In this document: one piece after another, positions 9,278 to 17,473 of the stretch
Layout of the letters: every line of letters begins with the position of its first letter
Position numbering within the stretch: the first letter of the stretch is position 1
Source: Alphaproteobacteria bacterium
GTDB taxonomy: Bacteria > Pseudomonadota > Alphaproteobacteria > UBA828
Length of the DNA stretch: 64,000 nucleotides
Assembly (NCBI GenBank): GCA_965216915.1
Contig: CBDCGS010000011.1
Span: forward strand, 195,404-259,403
Direction of reading: 5' to 3'
Translations under genes and position numbers: made by a program
Notes under the pieces: generated by a model
What the model was told of the DNA's origin: nothing
Databases searched by the model: none
Seen by the model: only the letters and a program-made list of their open reading frames with translations

Positions 9278-10552
9278 TTACACGCGCTCGATGGCGAGCG
9301 GCAGATGCTTGATGCCGTTGATGAAATTAGAGCGGAGATGGGCCTCGGGGCCGGTTTGCCGCAGGCTCTTCACCCGCTTCACGAATTCCTGCAGCACGAC
9401 GCGCAGCTCGAGGCGCGCGAGCCAAAGGCCGAGGCAGTTGTGCGGCCCGCTCCGCCCAAAGGCGAGGTGGGGATTGTCGGCCCGCGCCAGGTCGATGCTG
9501 TGCGGGTTCTCGAACACCGCCTCGTCCCGGTTGCCGGCGATGAACCACAACACCACCTTGTCGCCGGCCTTGATGGTCTTGCCGCGCTGCTCCGTGTCCT
9601 CGCGGGCGGTGCGGCGAAAATGCATGGTCGCCGAGGCCCAGCGGATGAACTCGTCGACGGCCGTGCCCCAAAGCGCCTCGTCCGCCGCTCGAAGCTGATC
9701 GTAGAGATGAGGCTGATTGGCAAGCGCGTGCAGCGTGGAGGCGATCGTGTAGCGGGTTGTGTCGTTGCCGGCCGACACGAGGAGCGCGAAGAAATTCTTG
9801 AACTCGCTCTCGGTGAGGCACTCGCCATCCTTCTTCGGGCGCAGCAGCATGGTGGTGACATCGTCGCGCGGCTCCTTGTAGCGGAGCGCGGCTTGCTTCT
9901 CGGCGTAATTGAAGATCTCGAGACCGGCCGGTGAGCGAAAGGGTGCGAAGCGGTATTTCTCGGTGTCGACCTGATCGACCACGTGGTCGGTGAAATCGGG
10001 ATCGCTGTTCGCGATCATCTGATTGGCCTGCGAGACGAGCCATTTGTCGTCCGCCTCGGGCGTGCCCATGATGCGTCCGAGCATACGCATCGGCAGCGGC
10101 TTGGCGATCGCCTCCAGCGCCTCGAACTCGTCGCGCGCAACCGCCTTGTCGAGGATCTTCACGGTGATCTCGCGGAGCTGCGGCTCGTAGGTCTCCATCA
10201 CACGACGGGCGAACGCGCGGTTGACGAGCTGGCGCTGACGCGTGTGCTCCGGCGGATCGAGTTCCATCATCGAGCGGCGCTTCTCCATCTCCTCGTCGGT
10301 CATCTCCTCGAGGCGGATGCCGCGTGTCGTGGTGAAGAGCTTGTAGTTGCGGTTGAACTCGTGGATGTCGTCGTAGCGCGTGACCGCCCAAAAGCCCGAC
10401 CCGTCGTCTTCGTCGAACCAGGCGATGGGGTCCTCGCGGCGCAGGCGATCGAAGGTCGCGTGCGGCACGCCGCCGGAAAACGCGTCGTGGGAGGCGATGT
10501 TGGCGAAGCCGTCGTCGGATTGCGCGGCGCCCAGAGGTGCGACCGATGCCAT
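9278..10552 (-). CDS. cytochrome P450 monooxygenase
   Basis: Heme-binding FGRSGPHNCLGLWLA, AGNDTTR I-helix motif and an ExxR region. Start moved to MASVAPLG; the upstream 94 codons of the ORF are low complexity. Confidence 0.85.
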   Translation of the reverse strand: MASVAPLGAAQSDDGFANIASHDAFSGGVPHATFDRLRREDPIAWFDEDDGSGFWAVTRYDDIHEFNRNYKLFTTTRGIRLEEMTDEEMEKRRSMMELDPPEHTRQRQLVNRAFARRVMETYEPQLREITVKILDKAVARDEFEALEAIAKPLPMRMLGRIMGTPEADDKWLVSQANQMIANSDPDFTDHVVDQVDTEKYRFAPFRSPAGLEIFNYAEKQAALRYKEPRDDVTTMLLRPKKDGECLTESEFKNFFALLVSAGNDTTRYTIASTLHALANQPHLYDQLRAADEALWGTAVDEFIRWASATMHFRRTAREDTEQRGKTIKAGDKVVLWFIAGNRDEAVFENPHSIDLARADNPHLAFGRSGPHNCLGLWLARLELRVVLQEFVKRVKSLRQTGPEAHLRSNFINGIKHLPLAIERV

Positions 10553-10631
10553 CGTTCTCGCTCGCTCGATTGCATGGCTGGTGCCCGCATGATAGTTTGG
10601 ACCCGAACGATTTGTCCAGCGGGGGAGATGC

Positions 10632-11516
10632 ATGGGAGAGATCATCGGCGCCGGCGTGCTCTCCCACGTGCCGACGATCATGCTGCCCGAAGAGGTGCGC
10701 TTCGCACTCAACGAGGGCAAGGAGATTAGCCTCCGCCCCGGCCTCAAGCGCCTTCGTGCCGAGGTGCTCGACACGCTCGCGCCCGACGCGATCATCGTGT
10801 TCGACACGCATTGGTATACGACGGTCGAATTCATCGTGACCGGGCACGCGCGGCGCGACGGCCTCTACACCTCCGACGAGCTGCCCCGGGGCATGCGCCA
10901 GGTCCCCTATGCGCTCGGCGGCGATCCGGATCTCGCGCGGCGCATCGCGGCGCGGGTCAGCGATGGCGGGGTGCGCTGCACGATGTGCGACGACCCCCAG
11001 CTACCGATCCACTACCCGACGATCAACCTCGCCCACTTCCTGAACGACGGCGAAGCCTGGCTCTCGATGAGCGTCTGCCAAACTGCGGAGGCCGCGGATT
11101 TTCTCGCCGTTGGCCGCGCGCTCGGTGAGGCCGTGGCCGATATCGGTCGGCGGGTCGTGCTGCTCGCGAGCGGCGGCCTGAGCCACCGCTTTTGGCCGCT
11201 CGGCGTGCTCGAGGCTCACGAAGCCTCCGACCCCGTCCACGTACGCACGCCCGAGGCACGCGCCGCCGACGAGGCGCGCATCGCGTGGTGGAAACAGGGC
11301 GACCACGGAGCCGTGATCGGCGCCATGGATGCCTACCGCCAGCACAAGCCCGAGGGCTTTTTCGGCCATTACCTCATGATGGTGGGCGCGCTCGGCGGCG
11401 CGGCCTGCACTGCGCCGGGCCGCGCCTTCAGCGCCTATGAGAACGCCGCCGGCACGGGCCAAATCCACATGTGGTTCGATCGGCCCGCCGGCGGATGGAC
11501 GGCGGACGAGCTCTAG
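10632..11516 (+). CDS. class III extradiol ring-cleavage dioxygenase (LigB family)
   Basis: 294 aa. N-terminal GAGVLSHVPTIM and a His-rich catalytic region (FDTHWY) typical of the LigB/HpaD-like subunit. Divergent from the P450-ALDH operon. Confidence 0.75.
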   Translation: MGEIIGAGVLSHVPTIMLPEEVRFALNEGKEISLRPGLKRLRAEVLDTLAPDAIIVFDTHWYTTVEFIVTGHARRDGLYTSDELPRGMRQVPYALGGDPDLARRIAARVSDGGVRCTMCDDPQLPIHYPTINLAHFLNDGEAWLSMSVCQTAEAADFLAVGRALGEAVADIGRRVVLLASGGLSHRFWPLGVLEAHEASDPVHVRTPEARAADEARIAWWKQGDHGAVIGAMDAYRQHKPEGFFGHYLMMVGALGGAACTAPGRAFSAYENAAGTGQIHMWFDRPAGGWTADEL

Positions 11517-11523
11517 GCGGGCG

Positions 11524-11964
11524 CTACCACTCGCCGGTGTTGGGCATGCTCTTCCAGGGCTCCGCCGGTTCCAGCGCCGCACCCCGTTGCAGGAGCTCGA
11601 TGGAGATCCCGTCGGGCGAGCGGATGAAGGCCATGTGTCCATCGCGCGGCGGTCGGTTGATCGTGACGCCCTTTTCCTGAAGGCCCTGGCAGGTCGCGTA
11701 GATGTCGTCGACGCGATAGGCGAGATGCCCGAAATTCCGGCCGCCCGTGTACTCCTCGGGGTCCCAGTTGTAGGTGAGCTCCACCACCGGCGCCTGATCC
11801 GCCTTGGCGCGATCGACATCGCCCGGTGCCGACAGGAACACGAGGGTGAAACGGCCTTTCTCGCTTTCGTAGCGACGCGTCTCAACCAGGCCGAGCGCCC
11901 CGCAATAAAAGCCGAGCGATTCGTCAAGGTCTTTGACGCGTACCATCGTGTGCAGATATTCCAC
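11524..11964 (-). CDS. gloA: lactoylglutathione lyase (glyoxalase I, VOC family)
   Basis: [14 protein letters not shown]...[14 protein letters not shown]...[18 protein letters not shown] closely follows the GloA pattern. The true start is possibly at MVRVKD (11947). Confidence 0.8.
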   Translation of the reverse strand: MEYLHTMVRVKDLDESLGFYCGALGLVETRRYESEKGRFTLVFLSAPGDVDRAKADQAPVVELTYNWDPEEYTGGRNFGHLAYRVDDIYATCQGLQEKGVTINRPPRDGHMAFIRSPDGISIELLQRGAALEPAEPWKSMPNTGEW

Positions 11965-12074
11965 GCGCCGTCTCCTCTCGTTGGTCCTGGTGGCTCTTGG
12001 CCAGCACGTGGGGGCGGTTTTACCCTAAGCCCGCGGCATCCGTAAGGCATATCGGCCGCGCGCCAGCGCACGCG

Positions 12075-12665
12075 CTAACGCTTGGCGAACAAACCCTCGA
12101 GCAGGCATGCGATCGCGGCCTCCTGATCCGCCGCAGGCTCGCCCCAGGCGATCGCGAGAGCCGCCCGGTCGAACGCCGCCGACAGCACCGCAGCCAGTGC
12201 ATCGAGGGGCGCGCGCGGGATATGCCCTTCCTCCATCGCGTAGGCAAGGCCGGTGCGAAGCTCCGCCCGCCCGGTTCGCTCATCGATCTGGTCCATCGCC
12301 GCGGTGCCGAGCACCGCCGGGCCCTCGACCAAGAGGAGGCGCGCGCGCCCCACCACGGCCATCGCGGCAAAATACGCGGCAGCGCCCTCCTGCAGAGCGG
12401 TAAGAGGCGATCGTTCGCTCGCCGTGCGTTGATCGATCTGCGCGGCAACGGTCGCCGCCTCTTTCTCGAGAACGGCGGCGAACAGAGCGAGCTTGTCCTC
12501 GAAGTGGTGATACAGCGCGCCGCGCGTGACCCCCGCGGCCGCAACGATCTCGGGCGTGCTCGTTTCCGCAAAGCCATTCTCCGCGAAAAGGCCGCGCGCC
12601 GCGGCGATCAAGGCCGCCTGGGTCGTTTCGGACCGCACGCGGTTTGGCACCGAACGTTCTTGCAT
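12075..12665 (-). CDS. TetR/AcrR family transcriptional regulator
   Basis: The TetR N-terminal HTH is in [45 protein letters not shown]. Start at MQERS; the longer ORF reads through the operator palindromes. Confidence 0.8.
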   Translation of the reverse strand: MQERSVPNRVRSETTQAALIAAARGLFAENGFAETSTPEIVAAAGVTRGALYHHFEDKLALFAAVLEKEAATVAAQIDQRTASERSPLTALQEGAAAYFAAMAVVGRARLLLVEGPAVLGTAAMDQIDERTGRAELRTGLAYAMEEGHIPRAPLDALAAVLSAAFDRAALAIAWGEPAADQEAAIACLLEGLFAKR

Positions 12666-12716
12666 ACATACAGCCTGTATGTTACTGATCGGACAGCTCA
12701 CATACACACTGTATGT
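12666..12716. promoter_or_regulatory. two TetR-type operator palindromes (ACATACAG-C-CTGTATGT and ACATACA-cac-TGTATGT)
   Basis: Two 17-bp near-identical perfect palindromes sit 34 bp apart in the 76-bp gap between the TetR gene (minus) and the VOC-AOR operon (plus). The first abuts the TetR ATG. Confidence 0.5.
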
Positions 12717-12741
12717 ATCTTGCACCACTCGAAGGCAAGGG

Positions 12742-13182
12742 ATGATGAAAGCGACCCAGTATTACCCGGTGATCCTGACCGACGATGTCGCCGGCACGGT
12801 GGCGTTCTACCGCCGCCATTTCCGCTTTGTCGCTCTTTATGAGAGCGACTGGTACGTCCACCTGCAGTCGAGCGAGGACAGGGGCGTCAACCTCGCGATC
12901 CTCCAGGGCGACCACGAAACCCTGCCCGAAGCCGGACGCGGGACCGTCTCAGGGCTGATGCTCAATTTCGAGGTCGAGGATGTCGACGCCGAGTTCGCAC
13001 GCGCCACGGCAAGCGACCTGCCCATCGTGGTCGCGCTACAGGACGAGCCTTGGGGGCAGCGCCACTTTGTCACGCGCGACCCCAACGGGGTCTTGATCGA
13101 CGTGATCAAGCCGATTCCGCCGAGTCCAGAATTTCTTGCGCACTACGCCGCCCCCGCGCCCGGCGGGCCCGCGACGGCCTGA
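12742..13182 (+). CDS. VOC family protein (glyoxalase/bleomycin-resistance fold)
   Basis: 146 aa from [15 protein letters not shown], with a beta-alpha-beta-beta-beta pattern. The upstream part of the ORF overlaps the TetR gene and operators. Confidence 0.7.
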   Translation: MMKATQYYPVILTDDVAGTVAFYRRHFRFVALYESDWYVHLQSSEDRGVNLAILQGDHETLPEAGRGTVSGLMLNFEVEDVDAEFARATASDLPIVVALQDEPWGQRHFVTRDPNGVLIDVIKPIPPSPEFLAHYAAPAPGGPATA

Positions 13183-13299
13183 CCCCGCCGCCTCTTCCGC
13201 GCGAAGACGCGCTCGTCCGCGCCGCGCTCCAGTGCTAGGCTCCCGCCCCAGAGCGCCGCGAGCGCGGCGCATCGAATGTCGCATGTGAGGGAGGGATTC

Positions 13300-15129
13300 A
13301 TGGCGTGGCAGGGACAGTTATTGCGGGTCGATCTCACGGCGGGCACCTGTGTCGGTGAACCCCTCAACTCCGCGTGGGCGGCGCAGTATCTGGGCCAGCG
13401 CGGGCTCGCGACCAAATACCTTGCGGAGGAGATGGACCCGAAGGCGGATCCACTCTCGCCGGAGAACAAGCTGATCTTTGCGACCGGCCCCTTGACAGGG
13501 ACCGGCGCGCCGACCGGCGGGCGCTACTCGGTCATCACGAAGGGGCCCCTCACCAATGCCATCGCCTGCTCCAATTCCGGCGGCTACTTCGGCGGCGAGC
13601 TGAAGCTCGCCGGCTGGGACATGGTCATCTTCGAGGGCAAGGCGAAGAAGCCCGTCTATCTCTACATCAAGGACGACCACGCCGTGTTGCTGCCCGCCAA
13701 GGGCTTCATCTGGGGCAAGTCGGTGTGGGATACTGAGCCGCTGCTCAAGGCGCGCCATCAGGACCCTGCGATCAAGGTCGCCTCGATTGGCCGCTCGGGC
13801 GAAACCCTAGTGCGCTACGCCTGCGTCGTGAACGACATGGATCGCGCGGCCGGACGCTCGGGCGTCGGTGCCGTCATGGGCTCGAAGAACCTCAAGGCGA
13901 TCGCCGTGCGCGGCACCAAGGGCGTCTCGGTGAATGACCCGAAGGCCTTCATGGCGGCGATCGCCCACGCCAATTCGGTCCTGCAGCCGAGCGAGGCCCG
14001 CGCCGGGCTCGCGAAAACCGGCACACTTTCGATGATCGATGTCACCCAGTCGTTCGGCAGCCTGCCTACGCGCAATAATCGGGACATCCAGTTCGAGGGC
14101 GCGAACAAGCTCGGCCCGGCCGCGATGGCGGCGCGCCGCCGCACCGACGGCGAAGCGAACCTCATGACCAACAAGGCTTGCTTCGGCTGCACGATCGGCT
14201 GCGGCCGCGTCGCGAAGATGGATCCCGGCCATTTCGCCATCGGGGAAAACGAGCGCTACCGCAAGCCCTCCGGCGGGCTCGAGTATGAATCGGCCTATGC
14301 GCTCGGGCCCATGGTCGGTGTCGACGACATCGAGGCCGCGACCTACGCCAACTTCATTTGCAACGAGCAGGGCATGGACCCGATCTCGTTCGGCGCGACC
14401 GTCTCGGCTGCCATGGAGCTTTATGAGACCGGCGCGATCTCGGACAAGGAGACCGGCGGCATCGCCTACCGGTTCGGCTCGGCGGAGGCGCTTTGCACGG
14501 CCGCCGACCAGGCCGGCACCGGCGAGGGCTTCGGCGCGGACCTCGGGCTTGGCGCGAAACGGCTCTGCGAAAAATATGGCCATCCCGAGTTCGCCATGGT
14601 CGCCAAGGGACAGGAGTTCCCCGGCTATGACGGGCGCTCGATGCAAGGCATGGCTCTCGCCTATGCCACCAGCAACCGCGGTGCCTGCCACCTGCGGGCC
14701 GACCCCTACGAGGACGATTTCTCCGGCGGCAAGCTGAAGGGCAAGGCCGAGATCGTGAAAACGTCGCAGGATCAGGTCGCTGCCATCGATTCGACCGGCC
14801 TTTGCCTCTTCCCGATGGGCGCGTGGGGCTTCCAGGAGGTCTCGAGCCTCGTCGACGCGGCGTGCGACGGCGATTGGAGCGTCGAGAATTTGCGCCTCGT
14901 CGGCGAGCGTATCTGGAATCTCGAGCGCCAATTCAATCTGAACGCCGGGTTCACTGCGGCGGACGACACGTTGCCCGATCGCATCCTCAAAGACGCGGCG
15001 AAGAGCGGCACGGGCAAGGGCAGCGTCGCCCAGCTCGACAAGATGCTGCCGCAATATTACGAGCTTCGAGGTTGGACGTCCGGCGGCGAGCCGACGCCGG
15101 AGACGCTCTCCCGCCTCGGCCTCGGATGA
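13300..15129 (+). CDS. aldehyde:ferredoxin oxidoreductase (tungsten/molybdenum-pterin AOR family)
   Basis: About 610 aa with the characteristic AOR N-terminus (GQLLRVDLT...KYLAEEM...LIFATGPLTGTGAPTGGRYSVITKGPLT), internal Cys residues for the 4Fe-4S cluster (CFGCTIGCGR) and C-terminal AOR domains 2/3. Confidence 0.85.
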   Translation: MAWQGQLLRVDLTAGTCVGEPLNSAWAAQYLGQRGLATKYLAEEMDPKADPLSPENKLIFATGPLTGTGAPTGGRYSVITKGPLTNAIACSNSGGYFGGELKLAGWDMVIFEGKAKKPVYLYIKDDHAVLLPAKGFIWGKSVWDTEPLLKARHQDPAIKVASIGRSGETLVRYACVVNDMDRAAGRSGVGAVMGSKNLKAIAVRGTKGVSVNDPKAFMAAIAHANSVLQPSEARAGLAKTGTLSMIDVTQSFGSLPTRNNRDIQFEGANKLGPAAMAARRRTDGEANLMTNKACFGCTIGCGRVAKMDPGHFAIGENERYRKPSGGLEYESAYALGPMVGVDDIEAATYANFICNEQGMDPISFGATVSAAMELYETGAISDKETGGIAYRFGSAEALCTAADQAGTGEGFGADLGLGAKRLCEKYGHPEFAMVAKGQEFPGYDGRSMQGMALAYATSNRGACHLRADPYEDDFSGGKLKGKAEIVKTSQDQVAAIDSTGLCLFPMGAWGFQEVSSLVDAACDGDWSVENLRLVGERIWNLERQFNLNAGFTAADDTLPDRILKDAAKSGTGKGSVAQLDKMLPQYYELRGWTSGGEPTPETLSRLGLG

Positions 15130-15371
15130 AGATCGCGGTCGAGCTCATCGCCATCGAGCGGCCGGGCATCACGGAGGCCGACAAAAACAGGGTGATCGAG
15201 CTGGCGGACGGCACGCCCGTGGCGGACGCCGTCGACGCCCTCCGCCTCGGCGACACGAGCGCGCTGGTGACGATGGTCAACGGCGAGCTTGTGCACCGCG
15301 ACGACCGCGCCGCCCAGCGCCTCGCCGACGGCGACACACTCATTGTGTGTCGCGCGATCAAGGGTGGCTAG
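15126..15371 (+). CDS. MoaD/ThiS family sulfur-carrier-like protein
   Basis: 81 aa ending in GG (CRAIKGG*). Its start overlaps the AOR stop (ATGA), indicating translational coupling. Confidence 0.7.
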   Translation: MKIAVELIAIERPGITEADKNRVIELADGTPVADAVDALRLGDTSALVTMVNGELVHRDDRAAQRLADGDTLIVCRAIKGG

Positions 15372-15468
15372 AGCAAATCCCGAGCAGGTGGACCACCTGT
15401 GGCGACGCATTTTCGTCAATGCCAATGAGAGAGCATGTCGCGTGAGCATGCGCGACCATGACATGCTC
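15368..15468 (-). repeat. RIME/REP-like intergenic repeat, copy 3 (inverted orientation)
   Basis: Its reverse complement aligns along the full length with copies 1 and 2 (ctagagcaaatcccgagcaggtgg...cgtgacatgc). Its terminal CTAG supplies the TAG stop of the MoaD-like gene. Confidence 0.6.
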
Positions 15469-15480
15469 TGGCCACGCTCC

Positions 15481-15538
15481 AGATGGACCTGGCTTACACC
15501 ACCGGCGCGAGATGGACTTGGCTTACACCACCGGCGCG
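15481..15538. repeat. tandem direct duplication, 2 x 29 bp (agatggacCtggcttacaccaccggcgcg)
   Basis: Two adjacent near-identical 29-mers with one mismatch. The second copy encodes the C-terminal GAPVV* of the minus-strand gene 15523..15861. Confidence 0.7.
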
Positions 15539-15861
15539 CCATACCCGTAGCTATAGGGCACGGCGCCTGAGAACGCGACGACGTCGCCATGTTCGATCTC
15601 GCGATCGGCGCGAATATCGGCGCCGACCAGCCCCGGCGTGATGTCGCGTCCGTTGACGAGCACCAGGAACAACGCGGCACGCGGGATGTTGAGTTGGTCG
15701 GCAAGCGCGCCGACCGTGGTTCCGGCGGGCAGCGCCATGACGAACCGATCTCCTCGCCCGTTTCCGCGGTGGGACACGCTGTTGAAGAGGCGCACCTCGA
15801 CATCGATCGTGGTGTCGCCGATATTGTGGCCGATTGGTGCAAGATCGGTCGCGTCGCGCAT
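15523..15861 (-). CDS. hypothetical small protein, possibly a MoaD/ThiS-like beta-grasp domain with a Gly/Tyr-rich C-terminal tail
   Basis: 112 aa from MRDATDL. The central hydrophobic pattern (VEVRLF...FVMALPAGTTVGALADQL...LVLVNGRDI...GDVVAFSGA) resembles a beta-grasp fold, but there is no terminal GG. Weak call. Confidence 0.35.
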   Translation of the reverse strand: MRDATDLAPIGHNIGDTTIDVEVRLFNSVSHRGNGRGDRFVMALPAGTTVGALADQLNIPRAALFLVLVNGRDITPGLVGADIRADREIEHGDVVAFSGAVPYSYGYGAPVV

Positions 15862-15913
15862 GACGTCCTCTCCTCCCGGGCTGAACCTCAGGGAGCCTGA
15901 AAAGACATACATT

Positions 15914-15924
15914 AAATATATATT
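15914..15924. promoter_or_regulatory. AT-rich palindrome AAATATATATT (candidate Rrf2 operator)
   Basis: A strongly AT-rich box in a 68% GC genome. It lies 7 bp after the Rrf2 stop and 53 bp upstream of the 15861 start. It resembles the box at 16462-16474. Confidence 0.3.
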
Positions 15925-15930
15925 ATCGTG

Positions 15931-16380
15931 TCAAGCACCATTTAATGGCCGGGGCGTGAGCAGGCGGCGGAGGTCGCCGCGCGGCTGCAACAGGTCGGCG
16001 AGCGTATAGCCGTCGAGCGTGCCGAGGAATGCCTCCAGCGCGTCGCGAAAGATTGATCTCAACCGGCAGACGGGCGCGATGCAGCATCCGCACGTCCTCA
16101 GGTTGAAGCACTCGACGATCTGAAAATCGAACTCCATGGTGCGGACCAGCGGGCCGATCGAAATCTCCTCGGGGTCGCGCCCAAGCCTGATCCCACCGCC
16201 TTTGCCGCGGACCGTGTGCACATAGCCGGCCTTCGAGAGGCTATGCACCACCTTCACGAGATGGTGGTTGGAAATCCCGTAGCGCTCCGCGATTTCGCGG
16301 ATGGTGCACAGCTCTTCACCATTGATTCCCAGATAGATGAGCACGCGAATCGCATAGTCGCTGTGCTGGGAGAGCCGCAT
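15931..16380 (-). CDS. Rrf2 family transcriptional regulator (IscR/NsrR-like)
   Basis: 149 aa from MRLSQHSDYAIRVLIYLG (Rrf2 HTH). C-terminal Cys cluster CFNLRTCGCCIAPVC suggests Fe-S ligands. The upstream part of the ORF is spurious. Confidence 0.8.
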   Translation of the reverse strand: MRLSQHSDYAIRVLIYLGINGEELCTIREIAERYGISNHHLVKVVHSLSKAGYVHTVRGKGGGIRLGRDPEEISIGPLVRTMEFDFQIVECFNLRTCGCCIAPVCRLRSIFRDALEAFLGTLDGYTLADLLQPRGDLRRLLTPRPLNGA

Positions 16381-16461
16381 TTGATTCCGCCTTCCGTGCT
16401 GCCGCCGGCCGCCACCACGGAAGAAGCGACGCCCGGCGGCGCGCGCTTGTCGTGGCCCGTC

Positions 16462-16474
16462 AAATATAGATATT
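16462..16474. promoter_or_regulatory. AT-rich near-palindrome AAATATAGATATT in the Rrf2 / MOSC-NnrS divergent region
   Basis: Lies 82 bp upstream of the Rrf2 start and 106 bp upstream of the MOSC start. It is the only AT-rich stretch in the 200-bp intergenic region. Confidence 0.3.
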
Positions 16475-16579
16475 GTAGCGATGTTTACGCATGACCACGA
16501 TTTCTGTTCCAAGCGCCTCGGACAGCGTCCGGCCGAGCGCTCATATGCAGCACCTGCCACGGGAAGGAGAACAGCGACC

Positions 16580-17425
16580 ATGGAATCGCGAGCGCACGAC
16601 GGCGTGATCGCCACCCTGTGGCGTTACCCGGTCAAATCCATGAACGGCGAGCAGGTGGAAAGCGCCGAGATCGTCGAGGGCGGGATCGTCGGCGATCGCG
16701 GATACGCCTTGATCGACACATCGAACGGCAAGGTCGTGAGCGCGAAATTCCCCAAGAAATGGGGCAAGCTCATTGGCCTCGACGCGGCGTTCACCAGCGA
16801 GCCGAGCGCGAACACCCCGCTGCCGCCCGTTCGGGTGACCTGGCCGAACGGTGAGACCGCGACGAGCGGGGTGGATGACCTCGATGCGAGGCTGACCGAG
16901 ATCGTGGAGCGCGCCGTCACTATGACCACCGCACGACCGCAAGAGGTGAGCCTGGAGCGCCTCGACCCCCTCGCCGAGGGCGAGGAGATTCTCGACATTG
17001 GCGAGCTCATGATGGAGGGGCGGTTCTCCGACTACGCGGCGCTTCATCTGATCACCACCTCCACGCTCACGCGCCTGGGGGAACTTCGTCCGGAGTCGCA
17101 ATTCGACGCGCGCCGGTTCAGGCCGAACATCGTCGTGGACACCGGCGCCGCCGCGGGTTTCGTCGAAAATGACTGGGTCGGCCGCACGATCGCGTTGGGC
17201 AAGGACGTCCGCATCAGGATTAGCGACCCGACGCCGCGCTGCTCCATCCCGACACTGGCCCAAGCGGGGCTCGACAAGGACCCCAAGGTCCTGCGCACCA
17301 TCGTCGAGCATAATCAGCTCCCGGTCCCGCTCCTCGACAATGAAATGCTGCCCTGCGCGGGCGTCTATGGCTTCGTGCTCCAAGGCGGGACGGTGCGCCG
17401 CGGAGACCCCATTCACGTCACCTAA
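16580..17425 (+). CDS. MOSC domain-containing protein (YcbX-like)
   Basis: 282 aa from MESRAHDGVIATLWRYPVKSMNGE (MOSC N-terminal beta-barrel), with a conserved Cys in the PTPRCSIPT region. Preceded by a GGGAAGGAGA Shine-Dalgarno sequence. Confidence 0.75.
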   Translation: MESRAHDGVIATLWRYPVKSMNGEQVESAEIVEGGIVGDRGYALIDTSNGKVVSAKFPKKWGKLIGLDAAFTSEPSANTPLPPVRVTWPNGETATSGVDDLDARLTEIVERAVTMTTARPQEVSLERLDPLAEGEEILDIGELMMEGRFSDYAALHLITTSTLTRLGELRPESQFDARRFRPNIVVDTGAAAGFVENDWVGRTIALGKDVRIRISDPTPRCSIPTLAQAGLDKDPKVLRTIVEHNQLPVPLLDNEMLPCAGVYGFVLQGGTVRRGDPIHVT

Positions 17426-17473
17426 GCGAATGCCGCAGCGCCGCGGGCCGGAGAGTTTTGGCGCGAGACGACG

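Noticed and set aside
13807-15054. 415-aa minus-strand ORF inside the AOR gene
   Set aside because: The plus strand encodes an unmistakable AOR-family protein. The antisense frame has no homology features.
15523-15861. Calling this gene a genuine MoaD/ThiS sulfur carrier
   Set aside because: It has no C-terminal Gly-Gly and carries a 14-residue Tyr/Gly tail. Only the hydrophobic periodicity resembles a beta-grasp fold, so it is kept as hypothetical.
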